From positions 1 through 58,295 of IMG/VR virus record IMGVR_UViG_3300049489_000494: 58,295 bases of DNA; one strand, given 5' to 3'. The notes beneath the pieces were generated by a model that did no database searches, had not been told where the DNA came from, and worked only from the letters and a program-made list of their open reading frames with translations. Source of the stretch: a virus. Its lineage: Duplodnaviria > Caudoviricetes. Position 1 is the first letter of the stretch; each line of letters opens with the position of its first letter. The translations under genes and the position numbers were made by a program. Of the stretch, positions 18,695-28,346 are shown piece after piece.

Positions 18695-18894
18695 GATAAC
18701 TGAGATTACCCTCAAGAGGATATATCCAGAGGATGAGGATGTTAGCATGGAGATTGCATATCCACATATATTCCGTGGATGGAGGAAGTTCGTGGGAGGT
18801 AATAGTGTAATTGTAGAGGATGTATCCTGTAGGATACAGGAGGCACTCAATACACTAGGATTAGCAGCAGATTACCAGATAATCAGGACAATTC

Positions 18895-19524
18895 ATGAGA
18901 TTGAATGATTATATATTGATACTGGCAGTATTAACTACATATAATTGCTCCTCCAATAGAGAGCCTGATGTAGATATTAGGTATGGTGGCAGTGATAGTG
19001 ATGTAGTTATAGATGAGGAACTCAGACCCTATGTAGGTGCCTATCTATCTCTCATGGATGATGCTAATATCACCCCCGATTGTCCACTGACAGTACCTAG
19101 TATAGGATTCGGTGATGTAACACGTGGTGAGGAGAATAGTACTACAGTTGGATTATGTACAATACACTCATTAGTAGGATTCGAGATATGGGGTGAGGTA
19201 TTAGTTCGTAGGGAGTATTGGGATATGATGTCAGATGTAGTTAGGAGATGGTTGATCTACCACGAGTTAACACACTGCTACTACCAGATGGATCATGTTG
19301 ACAATCCAGATGCTATAATGTATTATACTATACATGGTACTGATGATGCTATGGAGAGTAGATGGAATAGGGAACTAATTAGATTAGTAGGTGATATTCG
19401 TGATGTATGTAATGGAATTAATAGTAGTAGCGACAGTCTCAACATGTCCAATACCAGTAGTAGAGAACCGCAGTGGCCTGGATTGGAATGGAGTAGATAT
19501 ACAGAATATAGTGAGAGTGACTAA
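18895..19524 (+). CDS. putative lipoprotein zinc metallopeptidase (zincin)
   Basis: HELTHCYYQMDH (HExxH-x6-H) plus AIMY Met-turn; signal peptide ending in Cys. Confidence 0.75.
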   Translation: MRLNDYILILAVLTTYNCSSNREPDVDIRYGGSDSDVVIDEELRPYVGAYLSLMDDANITPDCPLTVPSIGFGDVTRGEENSTTVGLCTIHSLVGFEIWGEVLVRREYWDMMSDVVRRWLIYHELTHCYYQMDHVDNPDAIMYYTIHGTDDAMESRWNRELIRLVGDIRDVCNGINSSSDSLNMSNTSSREPQWPGLEWSRYTEYSESD

Positions 19525-19620
19525 TAGATGTCGTATTCTATATAATACTAATTCATGTCTAGTTCGTGTAATCAAGTTAGGTGAGAGTAATTACTATGTA
19601 GAGTGTAGGGGAGGTTGATA

Positions 19621-20046
19621 ATGCATGTATGGGGTGAAGAGGGAGTAGACTGGCGTGGAATCAATGATGCTGCTCAGTATATTAGGGATTATCTAGTTCG
19701 CTGGGGTAGAATTAGCGTGAGAGATTGGAAGGAGAAATATGGTACAGTACGTATTTACTGCTCATTCGGTTGGGAATCTCTACATTCAATAACTCATCCA
19801 GGCTATGTGTATAGTCAATATCCTAAGTGGTTGTGGTCATTCTGTTGTTCTCCTATTAATAGTTGGATATTCACTCAGATCAATCGTGTAGTAGTACCAT
19901 ACCATGTATGGCTCTACCGTAGGGCATATAGAAATGCAATAGAGAAGTGGCCTCATCTAGAGCATGAGATATGCAGTGCAGCTGATTATGGTGAGTTACT
20001 ATATGGAATATACACACCATATTACAATGATGAACAGAATGGTTAA
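19621..20046 (+). CDS. conserved phage hypothetical protein (KEKYGTxR motif)
   Basis: WKEKYGTVRIY motif; GGAGG RBS. Confidence 0.65.
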   Translation: MHVWGEEGVDWRGINDAAQYIRDYLVRWGRISVRDWKEKYGTVRIYCSFGWESLHSITHPGYVYSQYPKWLWSFCCSPINSWIFTQINRVVVPYHVWLYRRAYRNAIEKWPHLEHEICSAADYGELLYGIYTPYYNDEQNG

Positions 20047-20102
20047 TTATATATCAGTAGGTATATATACGAATAAGCAGGATAATATGGAGGTATTAGA
20101 AT

Positions 20103-20354
20103 ATGGCAACAGCGATAATTAAGTATGATATGGAAGATCCACACGATAAGCTAGAATTCAAGAGAGCAACCAGTGCTACTGATGTATATCTAGTTATATG
20201 GGAGATACAACAGGAGCTCAGACGCTTATATAAGTATGAGCCAATCAATGCAGATGGATCACCTCAATATGACACAGATACAATAGAGTATATACGTGAC
20301 TTCCTATATAAGACATTAGAATCTCATGATGTAGATATGAACAATCTGGAGTAG
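20103..20354 (+). CDS. hypothetical protein
   Basis: GGAGG RBS; clean ORF. Confidence 0.7.
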   Translation: MATAIIKYDMEDPHDKLEFKRATSATDVYLVIWEIQQELRRLYKYEPINADGSPQYDTDTIEYIRDFLYKTLESHDVDMNNLE

Positions 20355-20600
20355 CTAGATAGTACAATATGGAGAATCACTAATGAGATTAGTAGTATGG
20401 CAGTTGATAGTTGAGAGTGTATTATATATAGTAGCAGGTGTAGCCTATATACTACTCATGGGATGGGTAGTAGATCTAGTATATTATATAATGGACAGAT
20501 ATAATGGAACATGATATAATACTGATAGATACAATGTATCACTCTGCTATTGTAGATAGTAGACGATTAATTCCAATTATGATTAGGGTGAGGTACTACG

Positions 20601-20981
20601 ATGGAATCATTATACAGGAAGTGGATCAGAGGATCTCGATCATCAATGCTGAATGTGAGAGCAGGAGTACAACCGAGCTACTCACATGATTATATATCAG
20701 CAGCAGTGCCTCTACTAGAGGCATTCAATCCTAGCAAGGAGGAGGTAGTTAATAGTGCAACTGCTAATCAACTACTGAAATTGATCCCTGCATGTGATCT
20801 TAATATACAGAGAGGATTCAGAATGCAGATGGAAGTAAATCCAACTCTGCATGAATATGCATTGGTATCATACAATACCCTCCTAGAACCTGGAGATAAG
20901 CCAGTAGTAATGGCTAAGTTCCATCGTAGTATGGAATTCGATCAATTAGATTGGTTAGTCAGATTCTATCTAGTGGAGTGA
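20601..20981 (+). CDS. hypothetical protein
   Basis: GAGG RBS; clean ORF. Confidence 0.65.
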   Translation: MESLYRKWIRGSRSSMLNVRAGVQPSYSHDYISAAVPLLEAFNPSKEEVVNSATANQLLKLIPACDLNIQRGFRMQMEVNPTLHEYALVSYNTLLEPGDKPVVMAKFHRSMEFDQLDWLVRFYLVE

Positions 20982-20991
20982 GGATATTACA

Positions 20992-21201
20992 ATGGAAGTA
21001 GTAGGAGTAGTATGTCCTAGATGTGAGACATTCATATACTCCAGACATAGACATGATATGCGCTACTGCCCCTGTGATTATTGTTATGTAGACGGAGGTC
21101 AGGGAGTAGATGGATATCTGAGATTCGGTTGGGGTAGTGATGTAGACATGAGTGTAGCAGAGAAGTATGGAATGCCAATGAGAATTAATAGGGAGGTATA
21201 G
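20992..21201 (+). CDS. small Zn-binding phage protein (CxxC...HRHD...CxC...VDGG)
   Basis: CPRC, SRHRHDMRYCPC, VDGG..YLR motifs. Confidence 0.7.
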   Translation: MEVVGVVCPRCETFIYSRHRHDMRYCPCDYCYVDGGQGVDGYLRFGWGSDVDMSVAEKYGMPMRINREV

Positions 21202-21488
21202 TGAATACAATAGATATAACTAGTAAGGCTAATGAACTCCTAGTGAAATGGAGTAACGGTAGAGATAAGGCAATTGCAGATTATCACTATTACTGTGGAT
21301 TGATAGATGGCATCAATCAATATATAAGCGGTCTCACTGCAATAAGTAGTGCAGTGAACCATGAGATTGCTAGTATGAGTAGTGACAAGGATGTATATGG
21401 TCAAGAAGAATCAAGGAAAGAAGGGCAAGGGGATGGGTACAGTTACGAGACTAGGTTCGAGAGAACGGAAGACAGCGAAGCGTTATAA
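21201..21488 (+). CDS. hypothetical protein
   Basis: GGAGG RBS; GTG start. Confidence 0.55.
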   Translation: MNTIDITSKANELLVKWSNGRDKAIADYHYYCGLIDGINQYISGLTAISSAVNHEIASMSSDKDVYGQEESRKEGQGDGYSYETRFERTEDSEAL

Positions 21489-21669
21489 TACTACAGAGAT
21501 TCGTCTCCATGATCTAGAAGTGCAGATGGGTAAGTTGGTAGTTCTACTAGATGAGATGTATGATGTACAGGAACATCATGTTCGCCTCATTGAATATATG
21601 ATTGAACAATTAGCTCGTGAACGTGGTATACTACCTAATTCATCAATTAATATCAACCCATTGGAATAG
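21397..21669 (+). CDS. hypothetical coiled-coil protein, last gene of the + block
   Basis: AAGGA RBS; converges with the - strand block. Confidence 0.5.
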   Translation: MVKKNQGKKGKGMGTVTRLGSRERKTAKRYNTTEIRLHDLEVQMGKLVVLLDEMYDVQEHHVRLIEYMIEQLARERGILPNSSININPLE

Positions 21670-21955
21670 GTAGAATAGCACCATCCTCGTCAGATCCATC
21701 ATCCTCATTAGATTCATTACTTGACTTATCTATATATGCCAATCTCTTATTATTCCTATTCCTATTCCTACGTTTCTTATTAATACTAGCAGACTGATCA
21801 CCAGTCAATTCCTCGAATAATCCCAATAGATCATCATCAGTATTACCAGCACTATCAGTGCCTACTGGTTCAGTAGGAGTCATTAATGGTTGATTCTCCT
21901 CACGTAGTTGTGAGAGGATACCTCTCTTCATTGCTCTCTGTTTACTTATTTCCAT
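21653..21955 (-). CDS. hypothetical protein, last gene of the - block
   Basis: GGAG RBS; coupled to the upstream gene. Confidence 0.6.
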   Translation of the reverse strand: MEISKQRAMKRGILSQLREENQPLMTPTEPVGTDSAGNTDDDLLGLFEELTGDQSASINKKRRNRNRNNKRLAYIDKSSNESNEDDGSDEDGAILPIPMG

Positions 21956-22148
21956 TGTTAGTACTCCATGTCTGTTTCAATTGTTCCAATAGCTCATTAT
22001 CTAGATTGGATGATGTCTTCTTGACTACCAGCTCCAATATCCATATGATTAACCATCTCATGAATTTCTCTGTCATAAGAGACATAGCTAGGTGGGATAG
22101 TGTACTACCTAGTAATCTCAGTACTGTCATTGCTATAACTGGCATATT
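21942..22148 (-). CDS. small amphipathic protein, possible holin
   Basis: MPVIAMTVLRLLG...VKKTSSNLDNELLEQL; at the end of the virion operon. Confidence 0.4.
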   Translation of the reverse strand, partial: NMPVIAMTVLRLLGSTLSHLAMSLMTEKFMRWLIIWILELVVKKTSSNLDNELLEQLKQTWSTNNGNK

Positions 22149-22164
22149 ATCTCCATATATTATA

Positions 22165-25100
22165 TTAATAATCCTCAATCACATCTAGTAATTGATCCAT
22201 TCTAGTCTCATTGATATCCATTATACGCTTCTGTGGTATTAATTGCAATAGAGATGATCCAGGGGTGATTGATTCTCCGTACTTGAGTATATCTCTACCT
22301 GCTTTACGAGGATCACCACTAACAGCAGCCTGAGTAGCATCAATTAGAGCTGACAGAGCTGGTGGCTTACCGAATTGACCATTGAGTAATCCAGAGATAG
22401 AACTAGCATTAGTCCACTGGAACATAGATCTCCCTAGTAACAGTCTCCTAGTACTGGATTCATCTGCACTAGGTAGAATGAATTGATCTAGAGCAATAGC
22501 AGTTGCTAGTGGATATAAGTACTTATGTAAGGTCTCTCTCTCAGCATCTCTCATCTTATATCGATTACCACTACGGATATTCTGTGCCTGTTCCATTATA
22601 TCACCTAGAATAGCACTAGGCCACTTACTGAACATACTGAACATAGAACCCATTGTCCTACCGAATTCACTCATTGATATTCTATTGTAGTTGAATTGTG
22701 TCTCTGAGTTGAGGAATTGTGAGTATAGCTGAGGCAAATCAGTGTAGTCGTCCTCACGCATCATTGTCTTAACCTTCGCCTGATATGATCTAGGCATCTT
22801 CCTCATAGCTGCAATTGCTGCCTGTTGCTCTCTAGTTGCAGTAGAGCCTGTACGTATAGCAGCTAATCCACGTACGAAGTCATCTGTAATTAGTTCAGAT
22901 GCACGATGTGTGACTGCCCTATTGAGATGATCTGAATAGGAATAGAGCCACATAGAAGTATCCTGCGCCTTCTTAATCATATCACCAGTCCACCCCCGCT
23001 TACTGAGCGCCTTCTCTAACTCATCATTGAGTGTATCTACTGCTGAATTCTGATAGTTAGCAGGTATATGTCCAATTCTAGATAGATTATCTATATCAGG
23101 TCTCCTACCTACCATTAACTGTGCTCTAGCAATCTGCCTCATACCATATGATGGCATTATCTCAGATCCTATTGTAGCAGCTGTTAATTGATATGGTTGA
23201 GTTATATTCCTCAGTACAGCATCTACTCTGAATCCTAGATAGTAGGGATACATATTAGAGCTGAGTGCTGGCCATATATCCCACATCCTCGCCTTCCCAC
23301 GTACTAGTGACTTCTGGAATTCACTAGCTCCCTTACTCTCCAATTCACGTAATCTCTCAGCTGATTTCAATTGGGACTTCAAACGTATATCCTGCATAGT
23401 AGCACGAGCAGTTCCCTGACGAGTACCCTGTATATCTAGTAGTAGATCACTAGCCCACTTAGATCCCTGAGTATCCCCTAGTTTCTCTAGATGCTTAATC
23501 TGATTCCTGAGAGCATCTAATCCCTCACGTAGATATACATGCTTGTATGTATTATGTGCCCATCTAGTGAACAACTTAACTGGATTATACTCACGTATGA
23601 ATTCAGGTATAGTACCTGCTCTATAATGAGAGGATGCTGCCATTGATTCTAGATTAGCCCTGACTCTAGTTGGATTACTCCTGATATTATCTATAGCAGC
23701 CTGTAGAGAATCTACATCTGCAATACCACCAGCAGTACTACTACCAGAGGTTATATCCAGTGCCTTCAACAGTTGCTTCTCAGGTGTATCTAATTCAGCT
23801 CTACGTACTCTAGTATCCTCTAGGAACTTCCCTAGATTGCCCTCATACTTATTAACTATCAGATCATCAACACTAGATCTAATTGTGGATATCAACTCAG
23901 GAGTATCTAACATAGCATGTGGTATATAGACTAGATCGCCCCCCTTATCTGCTCTACTCAATTGTGTAATTGGTAGTCCCATCTCCCTAGCATCATCTCT
24001 GAATCGAGTACCTCTATTGATGAGTGTCTCAACTACACTCCTCTCAACATCACTCTCTAATGATGGGAGGTAGTCAGATCTAACCCAACTCACTGGCTTA
24101 CTATCTATTTCCCTAGTTATCTGTAGTACTCTATCTGCTCCTACCTCACTGAGTACAGGCAGATCACGAGTACGTATATCATCATGTATATTAGCTAATC
24201 GATTAGTGAACTTATTGTAGGATCCTGATAGGGAATCTATGATAGGACGTACAGCAGTGCCATACTTATTATCTAACATAGTAGCTACCTTCGGAGCATC
24301 CATTAGGAATAGGCCAACCCTACGTACCAGACCACCAGATTCACTATTAGTAGGTATAGAGCTACGTATTAGGTCTCGACCAATCTCACCTATTCGGTAA
24401 TCACGTATTGAATTATCTACGAATTCAGCACCCTCAGTAGCTATGCGTTTCCCTATATACTGCATTCCTGTTACATCATCAGTTAATCTAGCTCCTGAAT
24501 TCCTAGCCCAATCATCAGCTATATTATTCAGTCTAGAGTATATATAACGATTAGCCATCTCCTCCACATTATCTGTATCAGTTACATTAGGTATTACATC
24601 TCTGATTCTAGGTAGTTCTCTCCTATAGGCAGCTCTGATTGCATCATCAGATGTTATCCTCTCAGTAGCTAGGAATGAGGATCTCTGTTCTGGAGTTATT
24701 CTCAATTGCTCGTAGGATTGAGGCTGTTTATTCACTAGATTATTAATTACGAACTCCTCAGTCTCAGGTCTCTCATTGACTACTACCATACCTCTACTGA
24801 TGATATCATCCTGTAGATCATCTCTGATTCCAGCTAGTGTACTACCTATAGAATTCCTGATATTATTAATACGAGGAGCTAACTTAGATATTACCCTACC
24901 TGCACCAACTAATCCAGCACCAAGTCCAGCACCTAACCCAGCTCCGACTGTAGCACCTGATACCTCCTCACCCTCTCTAGAATGAGATAATCCAGCAGCA
25001 CCACCAGCTACAGCACCTGCTGCAATCGCTCCTCTCACACCCTTAGAAGCTAATCCAGCCAATCCTGTAGGAACTAGTAGACCTCCAGCAACTTCAACTG

Positions 25101-25506
25101 CAGTCTGTTGCCATGGTTTCTTCTCTGCTATTAACGAAGTTAATTCATCTATCGCTTTCCTCTTATTAGGATCATCCTGCAGTTTCTTATATATAAACTT
25201 GCCAGCACCTAGTAATGCTGCCTCATCTGCTATTGCTAGTACATAACTAACTGGATCTCCAGGTCTCATCTGCTCTCTACGTCCACCTAGAATTGGTATC
25301 TGATCATCTAACCAACTAGGATCTACTCCAGTTCTCATTGCTATATTAGCTATATCTGAATCCTGTATCTTACTCCCATTAGAGTTAGGTAACACGAATT
25401 CATTGTTAGATATAGGAGTAGTGGACATCTCATTAGGTAACTTGAAGTTATCTGTAGATTCTGCTGAGGATGCTGGTACTGATTCTGATGGCAATCTGAA
25501 TGTCAT
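22165..25506 (-). CDS. large internal virion (DNA ejection) protein
   Basis: 1113 aa; Gly/Ala zipper near the N-terminus; last of the large genes after the tail genes, as in podoviruses. Confidence 0.65.
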   Translation of the reverse strand: MTFRLPSESVPASSAESTDNFKLPNEMSTTPISNNEFVLPNSNGSKIQDSDIANIAMRTGVDPSWLDDQIPILGGRREQMRPGDPVSYVLAIADEAALLGAGKFIYKKLQDDPNKRKAIDELTSLIAEKKPWQQTAVEVAGGLLVPTGLAGLASKGVRGAIAAGAVAGGAAGLSHSREGEEVSGATVGAGLGAGLGAGLVGAGRVISKLAPRINNIRNSIGSTLAGIRDDLQDDIISRGMVVVNERPETEEFVINNLVNKQPQSYEQLRITPEQRSSFLATERITSDDAIRAAYRRELPRIRDVIPNVTDTDNVEEMANRYIYSRLNNIADDWARNSGARLTDDVTGMQYIGKRIATEGAEFVDNSIRDYRIGEIGRDLIRSSIPTNSESGGLVRRVGLFLMDAPKVATMLDNKYGTAVRPIIDSLSGSYNKFTNRLANIHDDIRTRDLPVLSEVGADRVLQITREIDSKPVSWVRSDYLPSLESDVERSVVETLINRGTRFRDDAREMGLPITQLSRADKGGDLVYIPHAMLDTPELISTIRSSVDDLIVNKYEGNLGKFLEDTRVRRAELDTPEKQLLKALDITSGSSTAGGIADVDSLQAAIDNIRSNPTRVRANLESMAASSHYRAGTIPEFIREYNPVKLFTRWAHNTYKHVYLREGLDALRNQIKHLEKLGDTQGSKWASDLLLDIQGTRQGTARATMQDIRLKSQLKSAERLRELESKGASEFQKSLVRGKARMWDIWPALSSNMYPYYLGFRVDAVLRNITQPYQLTAATIGSEIMPSYGMRQIARAQLMVGRRPDIDNLSRIGHIPANYQNSAVDTLNDELEKALSKRGWTGDMIKKAQDTSMWLYSYSDHLNRAVTHRASELITDDFVRGLAAIRTGSTATREQQAAIAAMRKMPRSYQAKVKTMMREDDYTDLPQLYSQFLNSETQFNYNRISMSEFGRTMGSMFSMFSKWPSAILGDIMEQAQNIRSGNRYKMRDAERETLHKYLYPLATAIALDQFILPSADESSTRRLLLGRSMFQWTNASSISGLLNGQFGKPPALSALIDATQAAVSGDPRKAGRDILKYGESITPGSSLLQLIPQKRIMDINETRMDQLLDVIEDY

Positions 25507-26642
25507 TGTGGTGGTTTATATCCTTGTTTAGCTAAATATGCAGTAGCTGCCTCTGTATCATTATTCATCTGCTTCAGAGTTTCCTTCCATAATTCCATAC
25601 TCAGTGTCTTCATTGTATTATTAGTATTAGTAGTTACATCTGTAATATTAGGTAGTGATTGTTTCCAATTATTAATAGATGATATCATAGCATCATAGTC
25701 ATCACTATACCAATGCATATTCTCATCTAACCATTCCTGTGCTTGTTCTGCAGTACCGCCCGCTCTAACTATGTTATCCTTATACTTAGCTAGGTGATTA
25801 TCCCTAGTCTTACCATCAGTATCAGCAGCATTGAATAACTCAGTCTTAGCCTGTTCTATTAACTGATCTCTATCTTGTTGTTGCTTATTCAGACGCTCCT
25901 GTTGTTTACCTAGAGCTGCCTCCTGCTTATCCTTAGTTCTCTCCTCTGTTCTAGATTTCAACTCATCACTAGATTGCTTATCTCTAATTCTAGCTAGAGT
26001 CATATCGAACTTCCTCCTCCTCGCATCTGCAGCTGCTGTATCTAATCTACTCTGCTCCTTCTCCTGATCCCTCACACTCATCTCATGTGCTCTCTCAACT
26101 GCTCCTCTAGATTGTTCTGTATCTTGTAATCCAGTTCTGAGTTCATCTAGTAGCTGATCATATTGCTTCTCCCAATTACTTCTATTGAACTTGAGACCGG
26201 ACATATCTGTACCTGTCTTCAGACCAGAATATCCAGCTCCTAGTTGTATCAGAGCCTGTCCTATAGTCTCAGCAAGTTCGCCATATTGCTTCTGTTTCTT
26301 AGCTTGTTTATATATATCAGCTAATTCAGACTTCCTAGATTCCCATATTGAGTTATCTACTCCCTCAATCGGTTTGAGTCTGGCTGATAGAGCTGATTCT
26401 CTCCAGTCATACATATTAGGTTCTGTCTTATTATTACTATCAGCATCTACTGGTAGTTCTAGTTTACTCTGATCCCCTAATTCACCAGTATTAGTTGTGT
26501 TACTGGAAGTAGATTGAACTGGAGTAGATCCTACTGTTGATTGTTTACTATTATTATAGTCCTCCTCATCAGCAGCTCTACGCTTACGTAGAGACTCTGC
26601 TAGTGATTCATATTCCTTAACTCTCATACCACGATCACTCAT
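25503..26642 (-). CDS. internal virion / ejection protein, coiled coil
   Basis: Synteny; charged helical sequence. Confidence 0.55.
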   Translation of the reverse strand: MSDRGMRVKEYESLAESLRKRRAADEEDYNNSKQSTVGSTPVQSTSSNTTNTGELGDQSKLELPVDADSNNKTEPNMYDWRESALSARLKPIEGVDNSIWESRKSELADIYKQAKKQKQYGELAETIGQALIQLGAGYSGLKTGTDMSGLKFNRSNWEKQYDQLLDELRTGLQDTEQSRGAVERAHEMSVRDQEKEQSRLDTAAADARRRKFDMTLARIRDKQSSDELKSRTEERTKDKQEAALGKQQERLNKQQQDRDQLIEQAKTELFNAADTDGKTRDNHLAKYKDNIVRAGGTAEQAQEWLDENMHWYSDDYDAMISSINNWKQSLPNITDVTTNTNNTMKTLSMELWKETLKQMNNDTEAATAYLAKQGYKPPQ

Positions 26643-27478
26643 ATACTAGTTCCTCCTAGTGCAGATCCTGCACCTCCACCTAATGATGCTCCTAGACTGG
26701 CTCCTGCTGCTATTCCTGCTGGACCTGCTACTGACCCTATCATACCACCAGCGACTGCACCTATGAGGGTGCCGCCTGCAGTGAACATTGCATTTCTATT
26801 AGCAGCTGCATTCTGTTTATCTCTAGCTTGCTTCTCTGCGTATTGCTTCATCTCTAGTAGTTGACGCTTAGACTCCTGATCCAACTGTTTACCCTTACTT
26901 ATATACCCTCTCTTCAGAGCGTCACTAACTACCTGATGAGCTCTCTCCATTAATTGAGATTTCCTGGCGTGTGATTGCTCTGCAGTCTGCTGGTAATCAG
27001 CTAATTGCTGCTTCGACTTCCCTGACATCACTGCATAATCTAGTAACTGAGAATCATTGAGTAGTGCCTGACCTGCCTGATCCTGCTCGAACTGCATCCT
27101 ACTATCCAGAATCTCACGTCTAGTCTCTCTACCTAGTCTATCTAATCTCTGTTGTCCTGTGAGTGATTCATTACGCAGTGCTAATTGCCCCTGCTGCTGA
27201 CTCATACCCATCTCATGTTGTTGTTGCTGAGATCCCATCTGAGCTATCTGACCCTGCTGCTTCATTGCTCCCTCAATACCAGCACTAGCCTGTTGTGTCC
27301 TAGTAGCTGCAGCTGCTGTACCAATAGCACCAGAAGTCTGAGCTGTCTGTGGTTGTCCACGACTAGCCGCAACTGCCTGTTGTAATTGAATATCTCTAGC
27401 AGCCTGTTGCCCCTTCGATGTTGGTCTCAACTTCTGTGAGAGTTGCTCTAATGCCTGTAGTCTAGTGCTAACTGCCAT
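26639..27478 (-). CDS. ejection (pilot-like) protein with C-terminal glycine zipper
   Basis: Gln-rich helices then GGTLIGAVAGGMIG...GASLGASLGG; likely start MAVSTRL at 27478. Confidence 0.6.
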   Translation of the reverse strand: MAVSTRLQALEQLSQKLRPTSKGQQAARDIQLQQAVAASRGQPQTAQTSGAIGTAAAATRTQQASAGIEGAMKQQGQIAQMGSQQQQHEMGMSQQQGQLALRNESLTGQQRLDRLGRETRREILDSRMQFEQDQAGQALLNDSQLLDYAVMSGKSKQQLADYQQTAEQSHARKSQLMERAHQVVSDALKRGYISKGKQLDQESKRQLLEMKQYAEKQARDKQNAAANRNAMFTAGGTLIGAVAGGMIGSVAGPAGIAAGASLGASLGGGAGSALGGTSI

Positions 27479-27479
27479 A

Positions 27480-28310
27480 TTATGTTGCCCTCGATCTATT
27501 ACTGTAGATACCAGATTGTGATACATCAGCATCTCCTGGTGGTAATCTATTAGGTATATCTGGACTATTACTGAACATATCAGGATTATTACCCAAGTAA
27601 TTAGCACCTGCACTCACCATCTGACCAGCTCCCTCAGCTATCTGACGTTTACTCCTAGCTGCCATATCATCTCTGAGAATTGCCATTGCACTATCTATAT
27701 CCATTCTACTCATCTCAGTAGCGAATTCACGGTCATCTGCATCCATTAACTCCTGGAACTTATATTGTCTCCCCAGAGCTCTCTCTGCATCTTTGAATAT
27801 ACTACGCTGTAACTCCTGCTTGAATTTCAGATCATTGTCTAGTCTCTTTTTAATACCAACTGCCTCTAGTCGATCTAGATATTCTCGATTCTGTAGTCTC
27901 ATAACGAATCCAGCCTGTTCCAACTTAGCCCTACCACGAGCACTTCCCAATTCAGTACGACTTCTCTCTAGATCCTCTAGTATTGAATTCTCCTGACTAC
28001 TCAATTTACTCATCAGCTCAGCTCTACTTTGCTTCTGTTGTTGCTTATTTATATCCTGTTGTTGTCCTAGTTGTTCCTGCTCCTGCTCTATACCAGCACT
28101 CTGTATTTCCAATTGGGGGCGATATTGATCACTTACCTGTTGCTGCTGCTCCGTGATATTGGATCTAGTTGGAGTAGTTCCACCTCCTACTGCCTTCCCT
28201 CGACTAGCTCTAAGTAGACGAGCAGCTCTCTGTGCCTCATCGTTATTCACGGGCGCAGTCTGCTGTTGTAACTGCTGGAGATTCCCTCTAATTATATCTG
28301 CTAGTGCCAT
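27480..28310 (-). CDS. Gln-rich internal virion protein
   Basis: Synteny; helical Gln-rich composition. Confidence 0.55.
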   Translation of the reverse strand: MALADIIRGNLQQLQQQTAPVNNDEAQRAARLLRASRGKAVGGGTTPTRSNITEQQQQVSDQYRPQLEIQSAGIEQEQEQLGQQQDINKQQQKQSRAELMSKLSSQENSILEDLERSRTELGSARGRAKLEQAGFVMRLQNREYLDRLEAVGIKKRLDNDLKFKQELQRSIFKDAERALGRQYKFQELMDADDREFATEMSRMDIDSAMAILRDDMAARSKRQIAEGAGQMVSAGANYLGNNPDMFSNSPDIPNRLPPGDADVSQSGIYSNRSRAT

Positions 28311-28346
28311 GTCTATATCCTATATATGTGACTGCTATTATTATCT

